Below are positions 45,380 to 60,396 of a stretch of DNA of 64,000 bases, piece by piece. This DNA comes from the human T2T-CHM13v2.0 reference genome, Homo sapiens. How positions within the stretch are numbered: the stretch's first letter is position 1; each line of letters begins with the position of its first letter. The stretch is from assembly GCF_009914755.1 (NCBI RefSeq), contig NC_060940.1; one strand, written 5' to 3'. The notes under the pieces were generated by a model. It did no database searches and was not told the origin of the DNA. It was given only the letters and a program-made list of their open reading frames with translations. Both the position numbers and the translations under genes were made by a program.

Positions 45380-46190
45380 CTGTATGGGATTCTGGGTATA
45401 CAATTGTTTTTAAAAGTTGACGTGGTCTCTGCTTTCCTGGATCTTTAAGTCAAGTGCAAGATATAGGCATGAATCAATTCATACACACACACACACCCCC
45501 ACGGATAATTTGCTCAAGGGGCTGATCCACTTGATTGGTTCTGTATGACAATGGCGCACTCAAGCCAACTGTGGTTGGGGCTTGGATATGGGCTATAAAA
45601 AAAAGTGAAAGGAATGAGCCAGCATGCACCAAGGAGTCAAGGAAAATTCTATGTAGTCTGGTGGTCAGGGAAGGCTTCTCTGAGGAAGTGATATTTGAGC
45701 TGATATGTGAAGGATAAGTAAGGATTAAGAGATGAAGGATAAGTAGTGAAGGGATGTTGGTCTAGGGGTGAGGGGAGCATCCCAGGTGGAAGAAAGAGGC
45801 AGTGCAAAGGCCCTGGGGTGGGAGTGAGAAGAACTCTTTGAGGAGGTGGGAGACCAGGGACTGTGTGTGTGTGTGTGTGTTGGTGTGTGTGTGTGTGTGT
45901 GTAGGTGCAGTACAAGCAGATCCATGCAGTTAGGCAGTGAGTGGGGTCTTGTAGGCTACAGGGAGAAGTTAGGTCTTTATCCATGGTTTTAAGCAGGGGA
46001 GTGCTGTGATTATATTTGCATTTTCAAATACTTACTATGTCAGGGAGGTGGAGAATTGATGGAAAAGAGGCAAGAATAGAAGTGGGTAGACGAGTTTCGA
46101 GGTTGTCATGTTGGATATGTGAGAAATGATAGTGGCTTGGACTAGGGTGGTATTAATGATGGAGTGGGCTGCATTCCAGAAGTTAGGAGA
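45380..46190 (-). mobile_element. L2
   Basis: gggaaggcttctctgaggaagtgatatttgagctga...gtgcaaaggccctgg...gtggcttggactaggg; contains (TG)n at 45862-45902. Confidence 0.72.
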
Positions 46191-47469
46191 GTGTGTGTGC
46201 AAAGAAAGAGGGAGAGGGAAAGGCAAAGTGAGAAAGGGAGTTAGGAGCGAAAGAGAATAAAGAGTCAGCTAGAGAGAGAGGGAGAGACAGAGATGTGGAG
46301 AAAGACACAGAGAGACGGAGATAGATGAATAGACAGACAGATTGATAGGAAGTGAAAGGCAAATGCACAGTGATTATGATTAAGGTTGTTCTAGATGGAA
46401 GGGCAGATGAAATGGGGCTTGTAGCACCCTGGGTCCACTTGGCTGAATCCTCTGTCCTCCCACTTCCTACAGACTGTAGCTTGCCCTCTGGTTTCTCCCT
46501 GCTTTTCAGGACTCCTTTAAAGGATAACTTTGACCTCAAAATCTTTCCTGACCTGCACATCCCTGTTTACCTCCCACATGGACAGTCTTTCTCCTGAAAC
46601 ATCTCTTACCACATTGTGTTGGCACTCAAAGGTTATCTGTTATCTGCCCTTCCTGCATTAAGATCACCTCCTGGCGAGGGAAGTGTCCTTCATCCTGGAA
46701 TGTTCAATGCAGAACCTAATTGCAGTGCAAGCAGTGTAACTGTCAACTGTTGAGGCTTACATCCAGACCTGGGTTTGAATCCCAGCTCAGCTCCCTTAGT
46801 AACTGTGTGTTCCCCAGGACTCTTTTTATTGAAATTGATGAAGAAAAACTTAAACTAGTTTAATTTTTAAAAAGGAATGTATCGGCTCTTAAAACTGAAA
46901 AGTATAGACGTTTGCCTGACTGCAGGCCTGGCTGATCAGGTGCAAATGCATACCTGGCTTTTTCCATCAATGGCTTCTGCTTTGCCTTGATTAGCTGCAT
47001 TCTTAAGCAGGTTTTTACAATATAATAAAAAGATGGACACCATCATCCCTAGATTTATCCTATCAGATTAATAACCAGAGCTAAAAGAGAACTGGAACAA
47101 AAGCCCTGGGAAAGACCCCTGATGAACCAACCTGGGTGAGGGGCTCATCTCAATTAAACTCACAAGTTTGAGTTAGATTTCTATAGCCAACAACAAAAAA
47201 ATACATATATATATACTGATTGCAACGTATGTCTCATGTGTCCAGTGACAAAGCCAAGAGAACGGGTAAGTTCTTTCCAAACCACACTGACTATGAGAGG
47301 AGGTGGACCATTTATTCAAAGAAAAGTTGGGATTCCATAACGGGAGGAATGGAAGTAAATGATGGCTAGGCTGCATGTTTGTGAGCTGAATTCAGCCCAA
47401 GGGATACCAGTTTGCTGGTCCTGTTAGATTTACGCTGGATGTTTTATTCTAAAAAATTAAATAGATTTT

Positions 47470-47810
47470 GGTTTTTAAAGATGTTTTAGATTTACAGCAA
47501 CATTGAATTGAAGGTACAGAGATTTTCCAAATGCCCTCCATCCCCACACAGGCATAGCCTCCCCTATTATCAACATCCTGCCCAAGAGCAGTCCATTTGT
47601 TACAACTGGTGAGCCTATGTGAACACATCACTATCACCTAAAGTCCACGGTTTATGTTAGCATTAGAGTTTTCGGTGTTGTACATTCTATGGGTTTGGAC
47701 AAATGTATAATAACATGTACCCACCATTATAGTATCATCCAGAGTAGTTTCACTGTCCTAAAAATCCTCCTTGCGTTACCTGTAGATCCCTTGCTCTGTC
47801 CCCCAACCCA
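47470..47810 (-). mobile_element. L1M (L1MC-like) 3' fragment
   Basis: ttgtacattctatgggtttggacaaatgtataat...agtttcactgtcctaaaaatcc. Confidence 0.75.
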
Positions 47811-47937
47811 TGTGTTTTATTTCTGGGGGTCAAAAATATCTTCTGTGTGAACTGTAAACAAATAAAACTCTAGTTCATGCTGAAGTTTTGGGTTGAAGGG
47901 TACTAATGCCTGCCACTTTAAAATGTAACAAAAAATA

Positions 47938-48262
<325 letters not shown>

Positions 48263-49821
48263 GATTGATGGATAGCTAGAAGAATGGATAGAGGGGTAGA
48301 TATACCTTAAAGCAAGGAGATGTTAGTGGTAGAATCTAGGTCATGGGTAGATGGGTTTTCAGTGGAAACATTTTTCAACTTTTATGTCTGCTTGAAAATT
48401 ATCATAATAAAATGTAGGAAAACGTGTCTTGTGCAGTGTGTCTTGGCCAAATATGTTATTACAAGCAATTGTTGAAACTAACATCTCTTGGTGGTGTTGC
48501 AATTCTTTGGAAGCTCAGCCTTTGGAGTTGGTGCGGAAGACAATTGCTTCCCTGCGATTAGGCTGTCAAAATGGCTCCTGATATTTTCCTCTGATGCTCC
48601 CAGCTCTCCACTGACCTTGGTCTGCTCTGCTAGAGCTTTTACCAGTTTGTCTTTGACGGCGGGCTCTTGTTTGCTTTCCAATAAGAACTATAGCATCGTG
48701 TTTTTCTGCTGTTTGTTTTACTCCACACGTGTGGCTTCTTGTTGAGGATGTCTTGGTGAACAGCTGAGGATCTCTTGTAGCAATCACTCACAACAGTTCT
48801 TTGAGGTGCACGACAATTCTTACCGAGTTTGGATAGAGCCTTTTGTTGCTTGTCACTGACTTTTCAAGGTGGTCAGGGGCAGCTGCAGACAGGATGGGAA
48901 TATTTCCACAATTGCTTGCCTGCCTGCCTCCTAAAGCCCAGCGAGGGGGAAAAGACAAAGAATCCAAGCTGCACCTGGGTAAATTTCATCAGGATATGAA
49001 GAATGATCGTAGACGAAGTGAAGGAAATAGGGTCCTGAGAGGAAGAGGAAGGCAAGGGTTAGGAGTATGTGTGTGTGTGTGTGTGTGCGTGTGTATGTTC
49101 ATGTGCATGTATGTGTATGTGTATTATGAATATGTGTGCACACTTGTGCATGTATGTGTGTGCATGTGTGTGTATGCATGGTACAATAAAAGAGGAGTGT
49201 GATGACCAGGATGTTGATGTATCAGGAAAAGTCTTTTCTTTCTGGTTCAGAGAGACGTGAGAGGCCTCTGTGTATCCCTTAAGACTCAGTTTGCTCCGTA
49301 AAGTAACAGGAGTTGGTTGGAGAAGAAAGAAAAAAGGGGAAGGTAAGAAGGGGAGAAGAGAGGAGGGAAAAGAGAGGAAAGAAAGGAGGAGAGAAGGGAG
49401 AATAAGAAAGGAGAAGGGGAGAAGAGGGACTAGAAGAGGAAGAAGAAGAGGAAAGAAAAGACACAGCAATATGTGTCACCAAATTACCTGCTTCCCGTTG
49501 GATGGGGAAACAGTAATGATGAAGAGAAAAACAAACAAAAACCTTGTCTGAGGGTGACACATTGTGATTATTTAGCATTTAACTAGTCTCTGGGCAGTAG
49601 TTATTTTGCATGTAGGGGTTGCCCAGAATCTTCTTCCCCTTCCTAACAGATCATGGTTTCCCTTTACGGAGGAATTCTTCCCCACTGGGTGTGGTTTTGG
49701 ATAAAGAGTATATTCAGGTGCCTGTCACCCCATTACAGAAGCCAAAGGGGAGAGATCCCTTGGCCCAGGGCAGTCAGAGGTGGATGGGCAGGTGTCCTGA
49801 GCTTGGTCAATTACAGGCTAT

Positions 49822-50137
<316 letters not shown>

Positions 50138-50334
50138 ACAGGCTGTCATGTTGAACTTAGAACCTCGAGTGAGGGACAAGGGCAGCAGAAGAGTTTGGAT
50201 TTCCTTCATCTTGGTGGGGATGGCCGCACAGGACTCATCTGCTCCGGGGCTATTGCTGTGGTTCTTGCTTCCTGAGCATTTCCAAATCCATGGCTTCCTC
50301 TTCCTCTGTGAGCTCCATGTCCTCACTCCACATT

Positions 50335-50815
50335 CACTGCAGCGCTATGCACAATAGCCAAGACCCAGAAACAACCTAAATGTCCAGCAGTGGAAGAATG
50401 GATAAAGAAAATGTGGTATAGACACACAGTGGAAAATTATTCAGCTTTAAAGAAGAAAGAAATCCTGCCATGTGCAACAGTGTGGGTGAATCTGGAGGAC
50501 ATCACACTACATGAAACATAAAGACAGTCACATAAAGATGAATATTGCGTGATTCCACTTATATGAGGTATCTAACATATCCAAACTCATAGAAGCTGAG
50601 AGTGGAATAGTGGTTGCCATGGGTTAGTGGGAGAAGGAAATGATTGGGTAGTTGCTAGTCAACAGACATACAATTTCAGTTATGCAAGATAAATAAGTTC
50701 TAGGAATATGTTGTACAACATTGTACCCAAAGTCAATAATACTGAATTGTACACTAAAAAATTTGTTTAAAGGATATATCTGAAGTTAAATGTCCTTACT
50801 ACAATTTTTAAAAAT
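50335..50815 (+). mobile_element. L1M 3' end
   Basis: gaatggataaagaaaatgtggtata...aaactcatagaagc...gttatgcaagataaataagttctag. Confidence 0.82.
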
Positions 50816-52607
50816 CCATAAAATGAAAACAGAAAAGGACTGTCCAGAGAAGGGTCTGTAGAGATTTGAAGGGTACTTAAAAAAAAATCCATTTGTTTAC
50901 ATCAGTCAGGTCAGAGAAGGTTTCTGTTGCTAGCAACCCAAGGACATGCATTGATCAGCCAGTGATCCTTGTTCCATAGTAATACGTCACAACTGATAGA
51001 ACTTTACTCTGAACAAAGTATAGCCATGTACACCATTTAATTTTAATCCTCATTGTTGCCGATGTGAAGTGGTCAGGGCTGGCATCATAAGCTTGTTTTA
51101 TAGATGAGAAATTTACCGCACAGAAAAAGCCAGCCATGTGTCCATTATTCCCTAGTGTTTAAGAAATAGGGACTCACAGAGATTCCATTCAATCCCCCCA
51201 TTTTACAGGTGAGAGAATTGAGTCCAAAAAAGTGAAGTGAAAAGTCTCAGGTCATACACAGTGTCAAACTGGAATGCAAATGCAGCTTTTTATAACTCAA
51301 AGTCTAATGCCAACCATTACATACATGAGAATTGGCCCCAAAAGAGATAATAACAGTAACCTATAGTTGACATCAGAGCCATGTTTGAATAAATAGTTAT
51401 CAGATGTCATTTCCCCCTTAATTTGTACAGCATCAGAGGCCAAGAATTCTCACATTCTGTGTATTACACCTTAGAGCATTCCAGGCACTAAAGTTGTCAA
51501 GCTAGAAAAAGAGAGAAGGTTTGAATATTCTCTCCAACTAGATAATCATGAGAACATTCCCCTCATCCCTGAGCATTTTTTTTTCCAACCACTGTACTCC
51601 AACTGCCCAAAAGTTCAATTTTCTTTAAGAGCCTCAGAAATAGTCCTAAGAGGGCGGCATGAGGAATTAAGACCAATGAGAGTGAAGGTACTTACCAGAA
51701 TCCTCCCTGCGGGGATAAAACACTGAAATGTACAGAAAGCATGACTCATCAATGTACAGATAAGGCTGGTTCCGCCAAGCAGCAACGATGACAAAAGCAG
51801 AATAGCCAGGAAGGCCAGCAGGTAGGCAATCCAGTGGCTGGGCCAGACTAAGTGAGGCAGAGCAATGAGCTGTCCTACTCAGGAAAGTTCCAGAATGTCC
51901 CTAATACCTGAGCACTGAAGGCTTCATTCTCTTTAACAGCCCTGTGTTCCTGGGGACTGTGTATCACTGATCTAAGAGACCAGTTTACAATGCAATGTGG
52001 GGTTATAGTACCACTCTGCCTCTCTCTGAAACCAACATTGTCAGGGGAGAAGCTATACGAGACTTACAAAGAGGCTTTAGGGCTTTGCTCAACGTTTGCA
52101 GGTGAAGGTTAACCATACACATGGCAGCAAATTCCTAAAGCCAGCAGGTCATTGGAGCCTTCTTAAGTGAGGCACATAAAGATTTTTAAAGTTGGATATT
52201 TTCAAATCTGGAAACAAACATTATGATTTGTCGGCATAAGATTCCAAACTCTAGAGCCTTGGGTTAAGAGGCCCGCGTGACCTTGACCAAGTCGCTTCTT
52301 GTCTCTGTGTCAGTGTTTCCTACCCGTAAACTAGAGATAAAAATGGCATTTACCTCTTAGGGTTGCTATTAGAGTAAAAAAAATAACGGTTCCTGAAGTT
52401 TAGCCATTTTGGTACCACGTGCATGATTTTTGTCACTTGTACTATTATTTACGGGATGTCTCTGTTTAAACTGCTTCATGTAAAAATCCCTCTATTTAAA
52501 AAAATTGTATATTTAACATTTGTTTAAAAATTAAAATTTACCATATATATGCAAACTAGCATCTCTTGCTGTATAAAGAAGGAAACCATTTTAAAAATCA
52601 TGGGAGA

Positions 52608-52998
<391 letters not shown>

Positions 52999-55215
52999 TT
53001 AGACACCGTTAGAGAGGCGTTAAAGACGTGCTAGCACCCCCCTGAGACTTTCTCTTAATGTTTTTAGAATGACGGGAAAGAGATGACCTCTTTCACCAAC
53101 TGCTTCAATATTATTTCATATAGGGTCTGAGAACCCTAAAAACAATCTCCTCTATGGTCCCTACTGACTATCTGGAGAGACATTGCATTATTGTATTACA
53201 CAGAACTTGGCCCATTGAACACAATCAACATGTACTTTTTTCTTCCTTTTCTCTTTTTTCCTCCTTCTTGAGGGACCGCTGGAGGTTTAAATCTGGTAGC
53301 AACATCTCCATTGGGGACTACATTTGTTTTTAATCAACTGCCAGGGCTGATTTGGTTTGTGGACGGTGTATGGGAAATTTGTTCTCAGTTTAAAATGCAG
53401 GTCAACACCCATCTGTTATATTGTGTTTTCTGGTCTAAATGTGGCTTTAGAGGTCAAAATGTGTTGGAGCAGAAATGAGAAAGAAGTAACATTTTTGAGG
53501 ACTTCCTACATTTTCTATTCTTTCCACATATTGTATAATTTATTTCTCACAACTCTTCGTTAATAGAAAGCATTGCCCTCATCTTAGAGGTAATAGCTAT
53601 CAATTATGGAGAGCTTGTTTTGTGATACACACTCTGGTAAGAACTGTCCTGTTGAAAAACATCCACCAATGCCTTCCCTTCTGAAGTAGAGGAAAATAAA
53701 AAATACCAACAAGGGTGACAAGGCCTCCCAGGATTTAGTCCCAGATTGGCTCCAGGACTGTCCCTCCCTTTGTTCAGTATGTCCAGACACACTGGCCTTT
53801 TATTTGCTCCATGCACGCAATAAACTCTGTGTTTTTTTTCCTCAGGGCCTTTGCACTTGCTATTTTCCCTACTCAACCATCATGCTGGTCTGTGCTCAAA
53901 CCTCACCATCTGCCTCCAAAGCAGCTCTAGTTTGATCACTGCTTGACATTATTTTGTGATTTTAATAATTGTTTATCCTCTATTTCTTCCTACTTTAATG
54001 TGAGGTCCATGACAACAGGGACCTTGTCTGTCTTGTCACCATCAGAGCATGCCTGGCTTATAGAAGGTTCTTAGTAATGTTCATTGAATGTATGACCTAT
54101 ATCATTTCATTTCCACCATCCTAACAGGTAGGTAAAACTGCCTTCTCCATGTTACAGATGAGGGGGCAGAGCCTCAGAGAGCTTATAAGTAGCTTACCTT
54201 AGGTTACACAGCTAATAAATGGCAGACCCAAGATTTAAACCTGGGTAGTCTGACTCCAGAACCATTATACTGAGGTCCCAATATTGAAGTTGTATGCTTA
54301 AGGTCACCTAGATACTAAGCATTCTAGGCCAGCCCTGTCTGATCCCAAATTTCCTACTGTAGCCACTAGATCATGTTGTTTCCTGGAATAAGAGAATCTG
54401 CGATTTCAGAGCATTGATTGCTCAAATGCTTGAGGTCAGTTCGTGCCCATGTTGGTTGATGAGGAGGTGACTGAACTGCAACCACTAGTCATACCTCATA
54501 GATTTTTGGTGACAAGTGTGCATAAGACAAGCCCTACTAGTTATCATTAATGAAACTACCTAGGTTTGCAATCCCATAGTTAGCCTCTGAGGGTTTGTCC
54601 CCAGAACCTAGCTGCATTTTTGTCTGTTGAGTTTCACCCACCTTGCAATCCCACCTTCTCTTGTTACCTACTGCCAACTCTAGACCATGCTGTAGCATCA
54701 ATCTACCAATGTTAGTTTTTTTCTTCCACTCTATTACATATCTACAAACTGGAATTAATAATAGTATCTACTTTATGGGTTTGTTGTAGGAATAAGTTGT
54801 CAAATAAATTTCACCTTGGCTGACATGTTCCTCATGTTTCTTGGCAAAGCACAAAGAGTTCTTTATAATTTGTCCTTAATTCATTCTTCCATATCTCTGT
54901 CCCAGCCCCTGACCCAAATGGCCTAATTCTTTGCCAACTCTTTGAAACTCAAAGAAACATAGTTAGCTTTGAATCTCAGAACCCTTGCTTACTAACTGCA
55001 AGGAGTTTGGCAAGTAGTTTAACCTCTTTACACCTTAGTTTCCTCATTCATAAAAAATGGCAGCGATATTTCCTAACTTTGCAAAATTATGAGTATTACA
55101 TTAAATCATGCACACAATATGTATTGGTTGAATGATCTCATTTCTTCTCAATAAGATGGGTGGATGCAGTTATCATGTCTATTTTAAAGATAAGGAAATG
55201 CCAGAAATTAAATCA

Positions 55216-55887
55216 GTTGAGCTCATGGGCATAGAGAGTAGAAGGATGGTTACTAGAGGCTGGAAGGGTAGTGGGGGGTTGTTGGGGAGGTGGAATGGTT
55301 AATAGGTACAAAAACTTAGAAAGAATGAATAAGACCTACTATTTGATAGCACAATAAGGTGACTATAATCAATAATAACTTAACTATATATTTTAAACTA
55401 GTTTAAAAAATATAATGGGAGGCCAGCTGCAGTGGCTCACGCCTGTAATCCCAGTACTTTGGGAGGCTGAGGTGGGCAGATCACCTGAGGTCAGGAGTTC
55501 GAGACTAGCCTGGACAACTGGTGAAACCTCATACCTACGAAAAAATACAAAAATTAGCTGGGCGTGGTGGTGCACGCCTGTAATCCCAGTTACTTGGGAG
55601 GCTGAGGCAGGAGAATCACTTGAATTCAGGAGGTTGCAGTGAGCCGAGATCATGCTACTGCATTCCAAGCTGGGCAACAGAGGGAGACTCAGTCTAAAAA
55701 AAACCAAATATATATATATATATAAAATTGGATCATTTAAAACTCAAACAATAAATGCTTGAGGAGAGGGATACCCCATTCTTTATGATGTAATTATTTC
55801 ACATTGCATGCCTGTATCAAATCATCTCATGTATCCCATAAATATATAAGCCTATGTACCCCCCAAAATGTTTTAAAAAAATTAAAA
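55216..55887 (+). mobile_element. L1MA 3' end interrupted by an AluS (55420-55707)
   Basis: gagagtagaaggatggttactagaggctgg...catctcatgtatcccataaatata. Confidence 0.85.
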
Positions 55888-57838
55888 GATGAGGAAATGG
55901 AGGTTCAAAGAGAATACCTTTAAGTACTTGCTTGAGGTTGCATGGACAATGGTAAAACTGGATTTGAGCATAGACAGTCTGACTCAAGAAGCTGCACTCT
56001 GAGCCATTTCATTGATGTACCAAGAAGTTAAATATCATCAAGCTACAAATAGCTTTCTTTCTTCTACTCTATCATTCATCTGTAAAATGGAATTAATAAT
56101 AGTATCTACCATGTGGGTTTATTGTAGGGATAAAATATGAAGTGAAATATCAAATTTAAAGAGCTTAGTATGTTATTTGGAATGTAGTAATTATGCAATG
56201 AGTCCTATTAGTAGTTGTAATGGCATTACCATGCTTGACTGAATCAGGATGCATTTGACTGCAAGTAACAGAAAATCTGATTCAAATGGATGAAACAAAA
56301 AGGAAATTTATTTTTCACGTGACAAGAAGTCCTGAGGTTGAGCTGCTTAGGGTGTTAAGTCAGTGATTGAGTGTCAAGGGCCCAGATTTTTCTTTTTCTG
56401 TCTTCTGCTCTGTTATCTTTGATGTTTCAGTTTTCCTTTCTATCTTGTTCTTCTCATGGTTGCAAGATTGTGGCAGCTACTTCGTGCATATTGCACAGAA
56501 AAAAGGCCATTTCTTCTCTTGTTCATCTTTATTTATTTTTTTTCACTGAGGAGAAATTTTCCCCAAAGTTCCCCTATTCCCTAAGACTTCTTAGATTTTT
56601 ATGGCCAGAGTTATGTCACCATCCCACACCTCAACCAGTTGCTAGAATTGCACAAGAATGAGTGGCAGAGTTTCACAACCACAAAACCAATAGTCCAACT
56701 CTACTCTCAATCTGAGTGATGGTGGGCAAGTGACTCTCTAAGTCTCAGATTTTTTCGTCTGTGAACTGGAGATACCATTGACTAATTCTCAATATTATAG
56801 TGAGATTAAGTAAGATGATGGCAAGTACCAGACATCTTAGTAGGTAGTCAGTCTTCATCCTCTTTGACACTCTCAGTCATCACAGAATGGTTAAATGGTA
56901 CTGAATATTCAAACGTTGAATTTAAAGACCTGCCTCATCATTTACTCCCTGTGAGTCTGTGATTACATTGCTTAATTTTCATTTTTTCTTAGAATTTAAG
57001 TGATAGCAGGAATTACTATAATATATACTTGTTGCCTTTTATTGTGTGCTTCCTAAGTGATAGGTGTCATAATAGTTACTTTACATGCATTCTGCAATGT
57101 AATTCTTATGAAAACTTATATTACTTAAGCATTGACTCTATTTTACAGGTAAAGGGTTAAGTAACTTGACAAGATCAAATAACTAGTAAGTGGTGAAGCC
57201 AAGAATTGAAGCATGATTTATCTGTATTAAAAGCCCCACACTTTTAATGCCTATATTTCCTATTATGGATCTCAGTTTCTTCATCTGTAAGTGGGCATAA
57301 CAAGATCTTTCCTTGCCCACTTCACAAGGTTTGGAAGACAATCAGATAATATTGAGTCTGTGAAATCCCAGAAAAATAACTGCATAACTAGAGATCACTC
57401 TTGTTAGTGTGGATAACAACTGGTGCTTTACCAAGGAAACACAGTCCAGCACCCTCAGGTTATAGCTGCTGATGCTGAATTACCACCATCCACCTCCTCT
57501 CTTAAGGAGTCTGGATTCTTAGTCTCTCCTTCTCTTTCCACACTCTGAGGTATCCATATATCTCATTCTGTTTCATATGCCCTGGGGCTCTAGCTCTTCT
57601 TCCAAGGTGAAAATGATATAATATGGTAAATTAATCAGTGCCAAGGGGCTAATGGGAGGATGATATAGGAGGTGCTGGAGGCACTATTAATATGGTCTCT
57701 ACCCCTCTCTCCCTCCCTCTTCTCCCTCCCTCTATTCCTCTATGTTTTTCTGCTTATTCCTGGCACTCCTCAAGATGTCTACTTTGGTAATAGTTTCTGG
57801 ATAAATGCCTTCTGTTCTCCCATCTCATCTTCCTCCAC

Positions 57839-58052
57839 TGCAGTGGCTCTCAATCACAATCAATTTTGCTCCCCAGGTGACAATATCTGGAGATATTTTT
57901 GATCATTACAGCTGGGAGATGGAGCACTGCTACTGGCATCTAGTGGATAGAGACTGGGGTGCTGCTCAACACCCTACAATGCACAGGACACACCCCTATG
58001 ACAAAGAATTATCTGATCCATAATGTCAGTAGTGCTAAAGCTGAGAAATCCT
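57839..58052 (+). mobile_element. MER20 (hAT)
   Basis: cagtggctctcaa...tactggcatctagtgg...aagaattatctg...gctgagaaatcc. Confidence 0.82.
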
Positions 58053-58477
58053 ATTATCAAATTCCTTAAGGATTCTGTGTTATAAAGATTAAGTCATTGG
58101 AAGGAGATCAGTCAAGCCTTATTTTGGTTTTAGGTTTTAAAAGCAAATTCATGGGCATAAAGCATTGTTTTCCCTGGATCCAAAACTCTCTTTTGCGAAT
58201 AGATTCCACCCCTGATCATAGGAATGAATATATATTATCTCACTAATACACCTGGTTTCAGAAATTGGTCAAAGGAGAAGAAAAGACCCACATGTGACCA
58301 ATCAGAGTTCTTCCAGGGGATTTTTTTCAAGTGGGAGGTAGAGGAGAAAATTCTTTTTCTGTTCTGCACCCAGGGCTGTTCAAATGGAAACTGAGGGATA
58401 CATGTAGCAGAAAAAGCCTAGATAGGAGATCATAAAATTGATGTTCAGAAAGAGACAGCACGGATGAGATAGAGATG

Positions 58478-58879
58478 TTGTCTTAGTTTGTTTTGTGTTG
58501 CTATAACAGAATACCACAGAGTGGGTAATTTATAAAGAAAAGAAATTTAATTCTCACAGTTCTAGAGGCTGAGAAGTTCAATATCAATGTGCTAGCATCT
58601 GGTGAGGGCCTTCTTGCTGTGTCATCCTGTGGGAGAAGGTGAGAGGGTGGAAGAGCATGTGAGAGAGCGAGAAAGCAACAAGGAGCTGAACTCACTTTTG
58701 TAACAAGCCCACTGTCATAATAACTAAACTACTACCACAATAACAAACCCACTCCCATGATAACAACATTAATCCATTCATGAGGGAAGAGCTCTCATTA
58801 CCTAATCACCTCCTAATACGCTTTGCATTAGGGATTAAGTTTTCAACACATAAACTTTGGGGACACATTCAAACCACAG
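58478..58879 (-). mobile_element. MST/MLT1A-type MaLR LTR
   Basis: tgtcttagtttg...ctataacagaataccacaga...ggggacacattcaaacca. Confidence 0.8.
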
Positions 58880-60326
58880 TAGATGTAGACAAACTGATGG
58901 CATTGGAGACCCTGGTTGTAGCCATTTCTTAGCACCAGCTCTGATCCTTTTTATATCTATTCTCTTTCTCCACTTATTTTGGGACTCCAGTAACATGAAT
59001 GTTAGATCTTCTGTTCTAGTTCCCCTGAGGATTTGTTCACTTTTCTTTTTTTCAGTCTCCTTTCCCTGTGTTGTTCAGATTGGGTAATTTCTATTGTCCT
59101 ATCTTCCAGTTCACTGATTGTTTCTTCTCTCCCATTCATTCTGCTGCTGAGCCTCTTGGCTGAGTTTTTAAAATGTTGGTTATTGTATTTTTAAGTTTTA
59201 CAATTTTCATTTGGTTCTTCTTCCTGTCTCCTGTTTGTTTGCTGACACTTTCGGTTTATTTACTAAGGTTCTCTATTTTTTCATTTGTTTCAAGTGTGTT
59301 CGTATTTGCTCATTGAAGCATTTTTTTTACGATGGCTAATTTAAATTCCTTGGGAGATTGTTCCACTATCTCTGGCATCTTGATGTTGGCAGCTATTGAT
59401 TGTCTTTTAAAAAAATTCAGTTTGAAATATTCCTGGCTGTTGGTATAAGGAGTGATTTTCTACTGAAGCCTAGACATTTTTGTATGTTAGGAGACTCTGG
59501 ATCTCATGTAAGCCTTCTATTTTAGCTGGGATTCTCTAACACTGCGCTGGCATGGGAAAGCATGGTGGTGTCACCTGTTACTGTCAGATGGAGGTAGAAG
59601 TTGTATGTATATTTGCTTTACATGTAGTATGCAGGACTTTTAGTTGGACTTAGCAAAAGGTAAAAGTATATCTACTTAACTTTCTTGAAAATCAATTTCT
59701 TTTATTTATAAACATCTACTAAGGGGTATAATGTAATTCAAAGTGCATACATATTGCAGTCAGATCCAGCCAAGTCAGAATCCTGAATCTTCTACTAATA
59801 GAATGTTCTGAGAAGCAAAGACAATATACAGCACTTCTTGAAGTACTTTCCATACATTCTCACTTAACTTTCACATCAAATTGGTGAGTTGGTCTTATCA
59901 ACATAGTTTTACAGATAGGAAAACAGACTTGGTGAGGCAAAGTAATTTTTTCACGAATATTTTGTTCTGAACTTTCCACCACATCGTGGATGAGATACAG
60001 ATAAGGAGAAACCTGAAGAAGACTATGAGTGGCAGCTTAGTGAAAAGTAGCATGGAAAATTGAAGACTGGGCAGCATGGTAGGCTGGAAGCAAATTTGGG
60101 ATAGGCACCACAAGACCTTGAATCTAGTCCCAACTTGGTCACCGGGTTAGTTGAGTACTCTTGGACAAGTCACTTATTCCATCTGGATCTTGCCTTCTGG
60201 CAAATGAAGAAGCATAGGGTTACATGGTATCTAAGACACTTTTCATTGTTATAATTTTATGATAAATCTGAGAGACATGAAGTGCCAAGGACATTCTAGA
60301 CACTATATAGGAGAATGAAGACCTAT

Positions 60327-60396
60327 TAAACTCAGAAAGAGACACAGAACATTAGCACATATAAACTCAGAAAGAGACACAGAACATTAGCACATA
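60327..60396. repeat. Perfect 35-bp tandem duplication
   Basis: TAAACTCAGAAAGAGACACAGAACATTAGCACATA x2. Confidence 0.95.

Noticed and set aside
48478-48681. 67-aa minus-strand ORF with protein-like composition
   Set aside because: Non-ATG start, no recognisable homology and no supported splice context.
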